From the NCBI GenBank assembly GCA_038087875.1, contig CM075989.1, forward strand, positions 22,384,001-22,448,000: 64,000 nucleotides of DNA. The letters are read 5' to 3'. A program made the position numbers and the translations under genes. The DNA comes from Malacoraja senta. Taxonomy: Eukaryota. Positions 1 to 11,475 of the stretch are shown here, one piece after another (within the stretch, counting starts at the first letter, position 1; the number at the start of each line of letters is the position of its first letter). The notes beneath the pieces were generated by a model that made no database searches, had not been told where the DNA came from, and saw only the letters and a list, made by a program, of their open reading frames with translations.

Positions 1-784
1 GTGTATTAGTGCCAGTGATCAAAGTTAATTTGTTGTCCTTTTCAGTATTATTCAAGTTGAACATCGGTGTGATATTGCCTAATGCTTGGAACATTCATAT
101 GAAATTATTTTGTGTGCTACCTTAACTGAGGTGCTAACAGATATTGTTGTTAAAATAGTAGTTAATGTAGATATGTTGTGTTTATGGGCCAATATTGCAC
201 GGTATAAATCCTAGGCTATCAGTATTAATTGAGACTGGTCCGTTATATATGATGTGAATTGGCAAAGTTTTAACCTGTTAACATTGAACTCGACTAATTT
301 ATTGAGACAAATGATGCAATTAAACATGAAAAAACATTGAAAAATGGTCCTGGTAAAAGGCTTCCATCAAATGCTCGTACAATCTTTAAAAAAATACCTT
401 TCAATATATTTTCGGTAGGCTGTCAGGACTGACATGTTGAACGCTATGGTTGTGATGTGTGACAGGTGCCCACCAATGGTAAAGACAAACAGATTTTAGG
501 GTGAATTACCCATGATAACATCATGCTGCGGTTATTGGGAGACCTGTAATTTAGTTGCAACACCAGTCTTTGCGGATTTTATGGATTAGTGACTTAGCAA
601 TCAATTAATTGCCATCAAACTCAATGGCTTACAAAAAGTAGTCAACTAGATGGAACATACATCAACTGAGACAGCACATTTGCAGATCTGCTGATTTGCA
701 CTCTTAGAATTCTATCGCAAATGCAAAGTCCACTTTAGATAGTTAATGTCGCCTCTCATTCCAATGTACAGTTTCATTTCATTA

Positions 785-985
785 GTTCTAGGATCAGAAT
801 TTGGCCATTTGGCCTATCAGGTCTACTCCTCCATTCAATTGTGGGTAATCTATCTTTCTCTCTCAACCCCATTCTGCTGCCTTCACCCAATAACCCCTGA
901 CATCCCTACTAATCAAGAATCTGTCCAATCTCCGCCTTAAAAATATCCATTGACTTGGCCTCCACAGCCTTCTGAGGCAATGAAA
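785..985 (-). mobile_element. CR1 LINE 3' fragment
   Basis: Reverse complement of the CR1 end seen throughout the window (..gtggaggccaagtcaatggatatttttaag..ggggttgagag..). Confidence 0.8.
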
Positions 986-1114
986 TCCTAGTTCCTAGGG
1001 GGTAGTTTTGGATGAGATTCTAAATTCATAATTGTTACAGTTACAGAAAACAATGTCCAAGGTGCGCAATGAAGTAGCATGGATGATCAGGATTGCATGC
1101 TGACCTATGGGAGA

Positions 1115-1547
1115 ATTTTGGGCTCCATATCCGAGGAAGGATGTGTTGGCATTGGAGAGAGTCCAGAGGAGGTTTACGTGAATAATCTCAGGAATAATTG
1201 GGTTAACATATGATGAGCGTTTGACAGCACTGGGCCTGTACTCGCTGGAGTTTAGAAGGATGAGGGTGGACCTCATTGAAACTTACCGAATAGTGAAAGG
1301 CCTGGATGGAATGAATGTGGAGAGGATGTTTCCACTAGTGGGAGAGTCTAGGACCAGGGGCCATAGATTCAGAATAAAAGGACGTACCTTTAGAAAGGAT
1401 CTGAGGAGAAATTTCAGTAATCAGATGGTGGTGAATCTGTGGAATTCTTTGCCACAGAAGGCTGCAGAGGCCAAATCAATGGATATTTTTTTAAGGCAGA
1501 GGTTGATAGATTCTTGATTAGTACGGGTATCAGAGATGATGGGGAGA
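1115..1547 (+). mobile_element. CR1 LINE ORF2 C-terminal fragment (degenerate)
   Basis: Translates to LGLYSLEFRRMRVDLIETYRI..RTRGH..VVNLWNSLP, the CR1 ORF2 C-terminal signature. Confidence 0.9.
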
Positions 1548-1587
1548 ATCCTGTACCTTTTTCCCCCGATGGTGGGAGTGCACACGT

Positions 1588-3330
1588 TTTTTGTTTTTTT
1601 TTAAATATTTTTATTTTATTAGAAGTAAGTACAATTGTATACAATCATATTTTCATAATACATTTTATGTACAGCTTCTTATTTTTTTATTATAATAAAG
1701 AAGAAAAGAAAAAGAAATTAGATGGTATAGAAAAATGTGAGATATATAGTGTGTGGAGAAGAAAAATAGAGAGTGAAAAAGGAAAGTTAAAGAGTAGAAA
1801 ATAGGAAAAAGAGAATAAAAGAAAATAAAGGAAGAAAAAGAAATAAGAAGTAAGGAGATCTTATTTATAATCTTGACCATCCCTCGCCCAGTCACGAGTT
1901 AGCTTTTACAATTGTGTTGCACCATATGATTCCAAAAAGACGACAAATGGAGACCAACTCATTGTGAATTGGTCAAATTTATCTATTAGGAGGAATTGCA
2001 TTTCCTCAAGATGTGCGGTGTCCAACATACTTGCAATCCACATTTTGAGCGTTGGTATTGGTGTATTTTTCCAAAATTTAAGTATTAATTTTTTTGCTAT
2101 TATTAAACCATAATTAAAAAATAATTTTTGAGATGGATTCAATTTATTCCCATCTTCCATTACCCCAAATACAATTAATTCATTATTAGGTTCCATTTTA
2201 ATCTTAAATAATTTTGTGAATATTTCGAAAATATCACTCCAAAATCTATAACGTTTTATACAGGAAACTAAAGAGTGTGTTATAGTTGCATCTTGGATTA
2301 AACATTTATCGCAAGTGGGGGATATATTTGGGTAAAATTTATTTAATCTTGTTTTTGAGTAATACAATCTATGTAAAATTTAAAATTGAATTAGATTATG
2401 TCTTGCATTAATCGAACATTTGTGAATATATGTCAAATACTTTTCCCATGTAACCTTCGTAATTTTTATCATTAATTCCCGTTCCCACTCTTCTCTAATT
2501 ACCTCAGTCGCAGGTAAATCTATATTTAAAATACTATTATATAAATATGATATTAATTTTTGTGTATCAGCTTTAATATTCATTACTTCTTCCAATAAAT
2601 CAGGAATTATTTTTTGATATCCCTGTATGTATGTCTTCAAGAAATTGCAAATCTGAAAATATTTAAAATAATGATTGTTTTTCAGTTTAAATTTTAATTG
2701 TAATTGTTGAAATGATAGTAAATCTCCCATTTCATACAAGTCCCCGATCCTTTTAATTCCTAAACTTTCCCATTGATTATATATTTTGTCCATCATAGAT
2801 GGTTTAAATAAAGGATTATTCGCTATCGGTGTTAAAAATGATAGGTTTCTTAATTTTAAGGATAATTTTATTTGTTTCCATATTCTTATTGTATCTTGTA
2901 TAATTGGGTTCTTCTTATATATTGTATTGTTCATTTTTTTCGGGGAGAAGAGGATCGTTCCTATATTACAAGGATAACAATCCTCTTTCTCCATTTTTAT
3001 CCATTCTGTCTGTTGGGTTGAACTATCCAACCAGTAAATTATATTCTTAATATGTATTGCCCAATAGTAATACAGAAAATTCGGGAGTGAAAGTCCCCCG
3101 ACATCTTTTGGTTTACATAAGTGTTCTTTTTTAATTCTATGTGATTTGTAATCCCAAACAAAATTAGTAATATTAGAGTTTAATTTAGAAAAAAAATATT
3201 TTGGTACATATACTGGTATAGACTGAAATAGGTATAATAACTGTGGTAGAAAGATCATTTTTATAGGGTTTATTCTACCTATTAGTGATAAAGAAAGTGT
3301 TTTCCAAAATTTAATCATTATATTAAGCAT
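1588..3330 (-). mobile_element. 5'-truncated L1-clade LINE (ORF2 C-terminal half, 3'UTR, poly-A)
   Basis: ORFs 2380..3330 and 1906..2367 are in the same frame, split by one TAA (2380-2382). Motifs LSLIGRIN..K, GGLSLPNF..YYWA, CCHC knuckle CDKC-x8-H-x4-C; AATAAA and A-rich tail near 1588-1620 on minus strand. Confidence 0.93.
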
Positions 3331-3414
3331 CTAATCCTGGTTCACTTCCTCATGCCTCGAAGTACCTTGGCCCCTCTCTGAAGCTTCCGCTATTAACAAT
3401 GAGCTTTTCTCCTA

Positions 3415-3773
3415 TGCAGACACTAAATGCTGGAGTAATTGGGACAGGCAGCATTGTGTGCAGGAAAGAACTGCAGATGCTGGTTTAAATTGTAGGTAGA
3501 CACAAAATGCTGGAGTAACTCAGCGGGACCGGCAGCATCTCTGGATAGAAAGATTGGGTGAAGTTTCGGGTTGAGGCCTTCTTCAGTCTGAGGACCAACA
3601 TTGGTCTGTGCAGACCAATGGACATCTGCACACTAGTTCTTCAGCCTGAAGAAGGGTCTCGACCCGAAACGTCACCCATTCCTTCTCTCCAGAGAAGCTG
3701 CCTGTCCTGCTGAGTCACTCCAGCATTTTGTGTCTATCTTCAGTGTAAACCACAACTGCAGTTCCTTCCTACA
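3415..3773. mobile_element. Inverted pair of Penelope-like pseudo-LTR units
   Basis: Minus unit ~3458-3588 and plus unit ~3642-3773 are reverse complements; same unit follows GIY-YIG remnants at 12.6 and 43.6 kb. Confidence 0.8.
3646..3673 (+). ncRNA. Minimal type I hammerhead ribozyme motif (PLE-associated)
   Basis: ctgaaga-a-gggt(ctcg)accc-gaaa-cg-tc; core intact, stem I weak. Confidence 0.6.
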
Positions 3774-4180
3774 TTTTTCTACTGTGCACATGGGGTGAAA
3801 ATGCTGCGTTACTTCTTTCAATGTTCCATCGGTTTGCTATATGCTGGAATGCAGCCAAATGTTTCTTCAATGTCTTAGTGCCACATTTCTTCGAAACATC
3901 ATTGTCATTCATGCTGGAAGGCAAGAAAGAAAAAATATTGCACTTTCTTCATTGATTGCTGTTCAGCGAATGTTAACTTGTCAAAACGATACTAAAGTAG
4001 GGTCTATATTTTAACAAATGTTGATTTGGATTAATCCAGAAGAAGTTTCAGAAACTTGCGCATAACTGAGTCAAATTTCAATCTATACCTATTTATGTTT
4101 TCTGACGGAGAAACAAGCCAGAAGCCCAGGGTTGTGAGTTTATACTGTTCTGGTCAGTTGTGAACTAGAATTATTTCAAG

Positions 4181-4590
4181 TCTAAAGTAGAGATACAGCA
4201 TGGAAACCGGCCCTTCAGTCCACACTGACCATTGATCACCCGTTAACACTTGTTTGCACTCACTCCCTGCACATTAGGAAGCATTTTACAGAGGCCAATT
4301 AGCCTACAAACCCGCACTTATTTGCGATGTATGAAGAAACTGGAGTACCACCGAGTCTGTGCCGATCAACAGACATCTGTACACCAGTTCTATCCTACAC
4401 ATTAGGGATAATTTACAGAGGCCAATTCACCTACATACCTGCACATCTTTGAAATGTGGGAAGAAACCAGAGCATCCGGAGAAAACTAGCATGGCCACAG
4501 GTAGAACGTGCAAACCCCACACAGATAGCACCTGAGATCAGTATCAAACCTGGGTATCTGGCACTGTATCAACTCTATCAGCTGTGCCAT
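4181..4590 (-). mobile_element. HE1-like V-SINE (two partial copies)
   Basis: Reverse complement of V-domain and CR1-like tail, duplicated. Confidence 0.7.
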
Positions 4591-5002
4591 GTAGAAACCA
4601 TGCTGTTTGCCCGATTTGACATATTGACATTTTGGCAGGAAAATAAACATGAGATCTACTATTTGATGTAAATACCATACTCATTAACTCATGTCCTTCA
4701 GAAAAGAGAAACTGCCAACTTGCCTGGTCAGGCCTAGAAGGGAACCCAGTCCTGCATTGTGAGGTCAAATGTTAATACCCACAGTGCAAACAGGCAAAGG
4801 TAGAACTAAGTACAACAAAACACAGAAAATCTGAAATAAAAACCAAAATAAAACTGGAACTATACAACCGGTCAGGTAGCACCTGTAGAGAGAGAAAGAG
4901 AGTTAATATTCCAGGTCAATGGCCTTTCATCAGCTAAATCTTTGCAGCAGGGTTGATGCTAATTCATATTTGTGGCATATATATATATATATATATATAT
5001 AT

Positions 5003-5445
5003 TTTTACATTTATTTATTAGAAGTACATTACATTACAACCACATACATTAGTACTCGTCACTTATGTCTTCTTACAATTAATGTACTCCATTTGTTTTT
5101 TACACTAGTAAAAGGAAAGGATAAGATTGAAAGAAAGAAGAAAGTGAAGGAAAAAGTGAGAGTGTAGAAAATGTGACAACAAAAAAGGACGAAGACCCTA
5201 TAAGAACAAAATTAAAAACAAAAGACAAAGAGTTAAGAAATAGACCCTAGAAAAGAAGGAGAAAGAGAAAAAGGAAAAAGAGAGAAACAAATATTTTTTA
5301 TGAGCATTACGCAAATGGGACATACCAACTCTTCAACTATCATCCCCCATTACCTGACCTCAATTTTTATTAAGGTACCTTTGCGCCCTATATTTGTAAT
5401 AATTCTATAAATGCAGACCACGTCAGGTGGAAGTGATCTGGTTTA
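5003..5445 (-). mobile_element. L1-clade 3' end fragment
   Basis: Minus strand reads ..DHFHLTWSAFIELLQI* then pyrimidine-rich UTR and tacttctaataaa tail, as in the L1 at 1.6 kb. Confidence 0.7.
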
Positions 5446-5458
5446 CATATATATATAT

Positions 5459-5497
5459 AAGCTGGTTATTGAACAATAAGAAGAAGAAATACATGTG

Positions 5498-5565
<68 letters not shown>

Positions 5566-5604
5566 CACATGTATTTCTTCTTCTTATTGTTCAATAACCA
5601 GCTT
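5459..5604. repeat. Perfect 146-bp palindrome with (AT)n centre
   Basis: Arm aagctggttattgaacaataagaagaagaaatacatgtgtaaa and its exact reverse complement flank an (AT)n run at 5501-5562. Confidence 0.97.
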
Positions 5605-5607
5605 TAT

Positions 5608-5850
5608 GGGTGGCACAGTTGTGCAGCGGTAGAGTTGCTGCCTTACGGTGCCAGAGATCCGTGTTCCATCCTGACTATGGGTGCTGTCTTCACGGAGTTT
5701 GTACGTTCTCCCTGTGACATTGTAGGTTTTCTCCGGGTGCACTGGTTTCCACCCACATCCCAAAGTCATGCAGGTTGGTAGGTTAATTGGCTTCACTAAA
5801 CTTTACCCTAGCGTATAGGATAGGCCTGTTTCAACGCTGTATCTCTCAAC
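5608..5850 (+). mobile_element. HE1-like V-SINE (internally deleted)
   Basis: tRNA-like head, V-domain (ttctccctgtg..ccgggtgc..ggtttcc..ccacatcccaaag), tail ggcctgtttc..gctgtatctct. Confidence 0.85.
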
Positions 5851-6339
5851 TAATATGGTGGTTAAACAGCACAGATGTGACTTTGGCTAAGAAATATTAC
5901 ATCGGCTCCATGGCTTCTCAATCTTTCCTATATATTTCACACAAAAAATGAAACCAGGTGAAATCTGTAATTCATGCCTACTATATTCTGTTGTGCTGAA
6001 GCAAAGCAAGAATTTCATTGTCCTATCTGGGACACATGGCAATAAACTCTCTCGACTTGACTTGATTAGTGATGATGTAAAAGCAAACCTCATGATGTTT
6101 CCCTCAAATATGCTGAAGAGTACTCAAGAAAGAGTTCCAGACTCCTTTCATTGGCTTGAGCAATTGTAGAATGTAGCTGGACAACATATTCCAGGATGGC
6201 ACAACACTAAGGCTGCCCAAATGTAGGTGTTCCAATTAGCAGAAGGTATTAGAACAATGAGCACAGACAGGTTTATGATCGTGATTGAGAGGAGTTATCT
6301 AATCATTGTTTTTTACAGGTGACTGTGAATATGTTTGCT

Positions 6340-6780
6340 ATGTAGAAAACATTTTATCGACATGCATCACAGCTCGGTTTGGGAACAGCTCCTTCCAAGA
6401 CCGCAAGAAATTGCAGCGAGTTGTGGACCCAGCCCAGTCCATCCCACAAACCAACATCCCTTCCATCGCCTCCATCTACACGTCACGCTGCCTCGGCAAG
6501 GCCAGCAGCATCATCAAGGACCAGTCTCACCCTGGTCACTACCTCTTTTTTCCTTTCCCATCAGGCAAGAGAAAGTTTGACAAGGCATATCTCCAGATTC
6601 GGGGTCAGTTTCTTCCCAGCTGTTATCAGGCAACTGAACCATCTTCTCACCAACAGAGAGATCCTGACCTCCCATCTACCTCCTTGGAGGCCTTTGAACT
6701 ATCTCTAATCGGACTTTATCTTGCACTAAATGTTATACCCTTGATCCTGTATCTGTACACTATGGATGGCTTGATATTAC
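6340..6780 (+). mobile_element. Rex1/Babar-clade LINE 3' fragment
   Basis: CIT.RFGNSS..DRKKLQRVV..A..I...PSI..IYTSRCL.KA..IIKD.SHPGH.LF..PSGKR matches the Rex1/Babar ORF C-terminus. Confidence 0.85.
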
Positions 6781-7017
6781 TCTTTTATTACACAAACTAA
6801 AATCTGCCCAATTTAAGTGCAAAAGCTGTAGCCCACTCCGACAGAAGTGCCCTGACCTGGAATGTCATCTATCCATATCCTCCAGAGAAACTGCCTGACC
6901 CACTTAGTTACTCCAGCACTTCGCATTCAATGCAAGATTCCGGCATCTGCAGTTCCTTGTGTCTCCAGTTCACTCTTGAGTAGCTTCTAAGATTTAGGTC
7001 TAGATTCTAAAAAATCT

Positions 7018-7284
7018 GGGGTGGCACAGTGGCACAGCACCAGAGACCTGGGTTTGATCCTGACCAAGGCTGCCTGTACAGAATTTCTCCCCGTGACCGC
7101 GTGGGTTTTCTCCAAGTGCTCCTCGCACATTCCAAAACCGTGCAGGTTTGTAGGTCAATTGGATTCTATAAAATGCCCCCAGAGTGTAGGATAGAACTAA
7201 TGCACAGGTAGTCAGCGCAGACCTGGTGGGCCGAAGGGCCTGTTTCCAAGCTACATAACTTAACTAAACTAAACTAAACTAAAC
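7018..7284 (+). mobile_element. HE1-like V-SINE
   Basis: Degenerate head, V-domain, tail ending (ctaaa)n. Confidence 0.85.
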
Positions 7285-7379
7285 ACATATATATAACACT
7301 TAGTTTCTGAAAGATCATTGTGCCAATGGCTCATATAACAAGTGTCGGCTCAATGAGTTATTAATTTAATTATAGGGAT

Positions 7380-7543
7380 ATGTAGGAAGAAATTACAGAT
7401 ACTGGTTCACACTGAAGATAGACACAAAATGCTGGAGTAACTTAATGGGACACGTAGCATCTCTGGAGAGAAGGAATGGGGGACGTTTCGGGTCGAAACA
7501 CAGGCCTCAGTCTAAAAAAGGGACTCGACCCGAAACGTCACCC
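7380..7543. mobile_element. PLE pseudo-LTR inverted pair (truncated)
   Basis: Minus unit ending gacgtttcgggtcga, then plus-strand gacccgaaacgtcacc. Confidence 0.75.
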
Positions 7544-7544
7544 G

Positions 7545-7965
7545 TTAGAATTTAGGAGATTGAGAGGGGATCTTATAGAAACGTACAAAATTCTTATGGG
7601 GTTGGACAGGCTAGATGCAGGAAGATTGTTCCCGATGTTGGGGAAGTCCAGGACAAGGGGTCACAGCTTAAGGATAAGGGGGAAATCCTTTAAGACCGAG
7701 ATGAGGAAAAACTTTTTCACACAGAGAGTGGTGAATCTCTGGAACTCTCTACCACAGAGGGTAGTTGAGGCCAGTTCATTGGCTATATTTAAGAGGGAGT
7801 TAGATGTGGCCCTTGTGGCTAAAGGGATCAGGGGGTATGGAGAGAAGGCAGGTACGGGATACTGAGTTGGATGATCAGCCATGATCATATTGAATGCCGG
7901 TGCAGGCTCGAAGGGCCGAATGGCCTCTACTCCTGCACCTATTTTCTATGTATCTATGTATCTAT
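7545..7965 (+). mobile_element. Young CR1 3' fragment
   Basis: EFRRLRGDLIETYKI..RTRGHSL..VVNLWNSLP..GYGEKAGTGY*; nearly identical to 59837-60245; (tatctatg)n tail. Confidence 0.95.
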
Positions 7966-8545
7966 AACAGCCATTATAGACATTTAATTCTGTAAGTACA
8001 TGTGAACGTTTTCAAAAGAGGTACATCTGGTGTGATCATACCTGTGGGGATGTGTGTGTGTGTGATAGGAACACTCTGTCTAACTTCAGCACATGGGAAT
8101 TTCTTGCCCAACAGGCAGCACCTGTAATAAGTTGGGCCAGGAATTGTAAAATCCAACTGCCTTCAAAGGGCAGCACTTTACCACAATAAGAAAGCTTTTG
8201 GAATTGACTGAAAAGTCGAGTAATTGTACAGGCAGCAATTCTCCTCTTGATGTTGGTCTGCCAGAGGTGGCTGTTGTGGATGGAGTGCTGGGTTTGGTAG
8301 CCAGGTTTTAGAAATGAAGAATGCCTTCCAGTCAAATCATAAGCGTTGTCCTGTGCATGGCAAGTCAATGGCTGACAAATTGCAATCATTCAAGCCTATT
8401 GTAGCAGGACACAAATAAAGAAAATGTTTACAGCTATCAAAAGAAGATGATAAAGTAGCCCCAATCATTGCGGTCTCTTTTTTTGCGAGTCCCATCACAT
8501 CACACAGTTTTCTTGCCAATAGAAATATTGATCGAGGAATATTGA

Positions 8546-8835
8546 CCGACACAATGGCACAGCGGTAGAGTTGCTGCCTTACAGCGCCAGACAGAGACCC
8601 AGGTTCGATCCTGACTACGGGTGCTGTCTGTACGGAGTTTGTACGTTCTCACCGTGACATGCGTGGATTTTCCCCGGGTGCTCTGACTTCCTCCCACACT
8701 CCAAAGGTCAATTGGCTTCGATAAAGATTGTAAAATGCCCCTAGTGCAGCATAGTGTTAGTTAACAGGAATCGCTAGTCGGCGCGGACCCGGTTGGCCGA
8801 AGGGCCAGTTTCAGTCCTCTATCTCCAAACTAAAC
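8546..8835 (+). mobile_element. HE1-like V-SINE
   Basis: A box tggcacagcgg, B box ggttcgatcc, V-domain, tail. Confidence 0.9.
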
Positions 8836-9391
8836 CGAAGAAGAACACCGAAGATAGACACAGAATGATGGAGTAACTCAGCGGGACAGGCAGCATCCCT
8901 GGAGAGAAGGAATGGGTGACGCTTCGTGTCGAGGCCCTTCTTCAGAAGAACGGCGACGCATAGTCTTCAATGCTAAGGTGCTCCTCTTCCACATGGGCTT
9001 CTCAAGGAGGGAGGCAGCCAGAGATAGAGGACCACATTGGTCTTCCTCAAGTCATGCAATCCATTATCTCCTCTCCATGGATAAGTGCAGACACCACAAA
9101 CCGCTGCAGAAAGAAAGCACTGCAACCGTTTCTTCGATAATGGCTATTGATGTATCTGGTGATTATTCTGTGGTCGGTTCAGTCTTGAAATTAACTAAGT
9201 GCAAACCTTTCCTATTCGTTTAGGAAGCAGCATTGATGTGAAGACATTTGATTGTGCACAAGTGTCATCTTTTGCTTTCAAGGAAATTCCAGAAGAAACT
9301 TTACTTGGCACTTCTTAACCACCGGGAAATTGAAGAAGCTGTTGTCTATGAAAAAGATAGTATTTTGTCACATGGTAGGTTTTGCACACTT

Positions 9392-9568
9392 GTGTAGGAA
9401 GGAACTGCGGACGCTGGTTTATACCGAAGATAGACGCAAATTGCTCGAGTAACTCCGGGACAGGCAGCATCTCTGAAGGAAAGGAATAGGAGACATTTGA
9501 GGTTGGAACCCTTCTTTAGTCTGAAGAAAGGTTCTGACCTGAAACATCGACTATTCCCTTCCTCCAGG
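9392..9568. mobile_element. PLE pseudo-LTR inverted pair
   Basis: ..cccttctttagtctgaagaaagg.. symmetric junction near 9520. Confidence 0.75.
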
Positions 9569-9639
9569 TATGTGTACATTTCATCCAGCACAATGTGCTG
9601 AATGGCCTTTACATGCAAGAGGTTTCCCTAACCCAGAAT

Positions 9640-9920
9640 AAATCTCAGAATAAAAGGACGTACTTTTAGAAAGGAGATGAGGAGCAATTTCTTTAGTCTG
9701 AGGGTGGTGAATCTGTGGAATTCTTTGCCACAGATGACTGCGGAGGACTTCACTTATTTAAGTATTTTTAAAGTGAAGGTTGACAGATTTGCGATTAGTA
9801 CGGGTGTCGGGTTATGGGGAGAAGGCAGGAGAATGGGGTTGAAAGGGAAAGATAGATCAGTCATGATTGAATGGCGGAGTAGTCTAATTCTGCTCCTATC
9901 ACTTGTGAATTTATGAACTT
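9640..9920 (+). mobile_element. CR1 3' fragment
   Basis: NFFSLRVVNLWNSLPQ motif and CR1 3'UTR. Confidence 0.85.
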
Positions 9921-10127
9921 AAGGTGATGTGGTTTGTTTTTCATACTGCAGAGAAGAGTGGCAAAACCTGGATCATGAGATGTAGAAGACAAATCTGTGT
10001 TACTCCTGGTAACATCACGTACATTCAGTACAGTTCTATAAATGTAGATTTCAGAGATGGGCTCGGGTAAGAAGCACAAATGTGCACCATTTCAGCCAAA
10101 GCTTCAGTCTACACCATTTGGGCCAGT

Positions 10128-10154
10128 CTGAAGAAGGATCTCACCTGAAACGTC
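10128..10154 (+). ncRNA. Minimal hammerhead motif in PLE unit (10125-10220)
   Basis: ctgaaga-agg(atctca)cct-gaaa-cg-tc; shortened stem II. Confidence 0.4.
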
Positions 10155-10284
10155 ACCCATCCGCGATCTCCAGTGATTCTACCTGATCCGCTGAGTTACT
10201 CCAGCACTTTGTGCCTATCCAGTGTCTTGAATACCTTCAGCACTCAACTGATTCACCGAATGGTGAACTGCCTGGATTGAGTGG

Positions 10285-10590
10285 CTGTGGAGAGGATGTT
10301 TCCATCAGTGGGAGAGTCTAGGACCTGAGATGAGGAGGAATTTCTTTAGTCAGGGGTGATGAATCTGTGGACTTCATTGCCACAGAAAGCTGCGGAGGCC
10401 AAGTTAATTGATATTTTGAAGGTGGAGATAGATAGATTCTTGATTAGTATGGGTGTCAGGGGTTATGGGGAGAAGGCAGGAGAATGGAGTTGAAAGGGAA
10501 AGATAGATCAGCCATGATTGGTTGGTGGAGTAGACTTGATGGGCCAAATGGCCTAACTCTGCTTCTATCACTTATGAACATATGAACTTC
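10285..10590 (+). mobile_element. CR1 3' fragment
   Basis: gaggatgtttcc..gtgggagagtctaggacc..aatctgtgg..3'UTR. Confidence 0.85.
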
Positions 10591-10900
10591 AACACTCTAC
10601 TGATTGCCCATATTAGCCCTGAAGCTGAAACTTAAAATTAAATTGTAACATGAAAAGCAATGACATGAGTATTGGATTAATGTACTCCTTATTCTAGTGA
10701 GCAACCCCATGAGGTTTTATGGCAAATATTCTGTGCTCATATTTCAGTGCAAATCTATGTATGAGACAATTTGAAGTCAGTTCGTGCACTGGTGAAACAT
10801 TGAAATAATGGATTGGTTTCTCATTCTTGTCTGTAACACACAGTGTGGTAGAAATTTTTAGGAAATGGCTGACAAAATGTCATCTTCTCTTCATTCTAAA

Positions 10901-11475
10901 GTTTAGTTTAGTTTAGAGATACAGCACAGAAACAGGCCCTTCAGCCCACCTAGTCCCCACCGATCGGCGATCCCCGCACATTAACACTATCCTACACACA
11001 TGTTATAGGAAAGATTTTGTCAAGCGTGCAGAGAAGATTTACAAGGATGTTACCAGGACTTGAGGGCCTGAGCTATAGGGTGAGGTTGAGCAAGCTTGGA
11101 CTTTATTCCTTAGAGCGCAAGAGGATGAGGGGTGATCTTGTAGAGTTGCACAAAATCATAGATTGGGTAAATACATGGAGTCTTTTTCCCAGAGTAGGGG
11201 AATCGAGAACCAGAGAACATAGGTTTAATGTGAGGGGGGAAAGATTTAATAGGAACCTGTGGGTATTTTGTTTACACAAAGGGTGATGAGCTGTTGGAGG
11301 GGGTAGCTGAGATAGACACTATCGCAACTTCAAAGAATCATTTAGACAGGCACATGGATACGATAGGTTTAAAGGGATATTGGACAAACGCAGGCAGGTG
11401 AGACTAGTGTAGTTGGTCGGAGTGGGCAAGTGGATCGAAGGGCTTGTTTCCGCGCTGTTTGACTTCTTGACTCTA
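10901..11475. mobile_element. V-SINE tail (minus, 10901-11000) abutting CR1 fragment (plus, ~11001-11475)
   Basis: VQRRFTRMLPGLEGLSY..RL..LGLYSLER.RMRGDL. Confidence 0.85.

Noticed and set aside
1550..1590. snRNA/tRNA target site next to the L1 poly-A (Tx1-type specificity)
   Set aside because: The flank does not match U2, 5S or tRNA as I know them; it looks more like a short Rex-type fragment.
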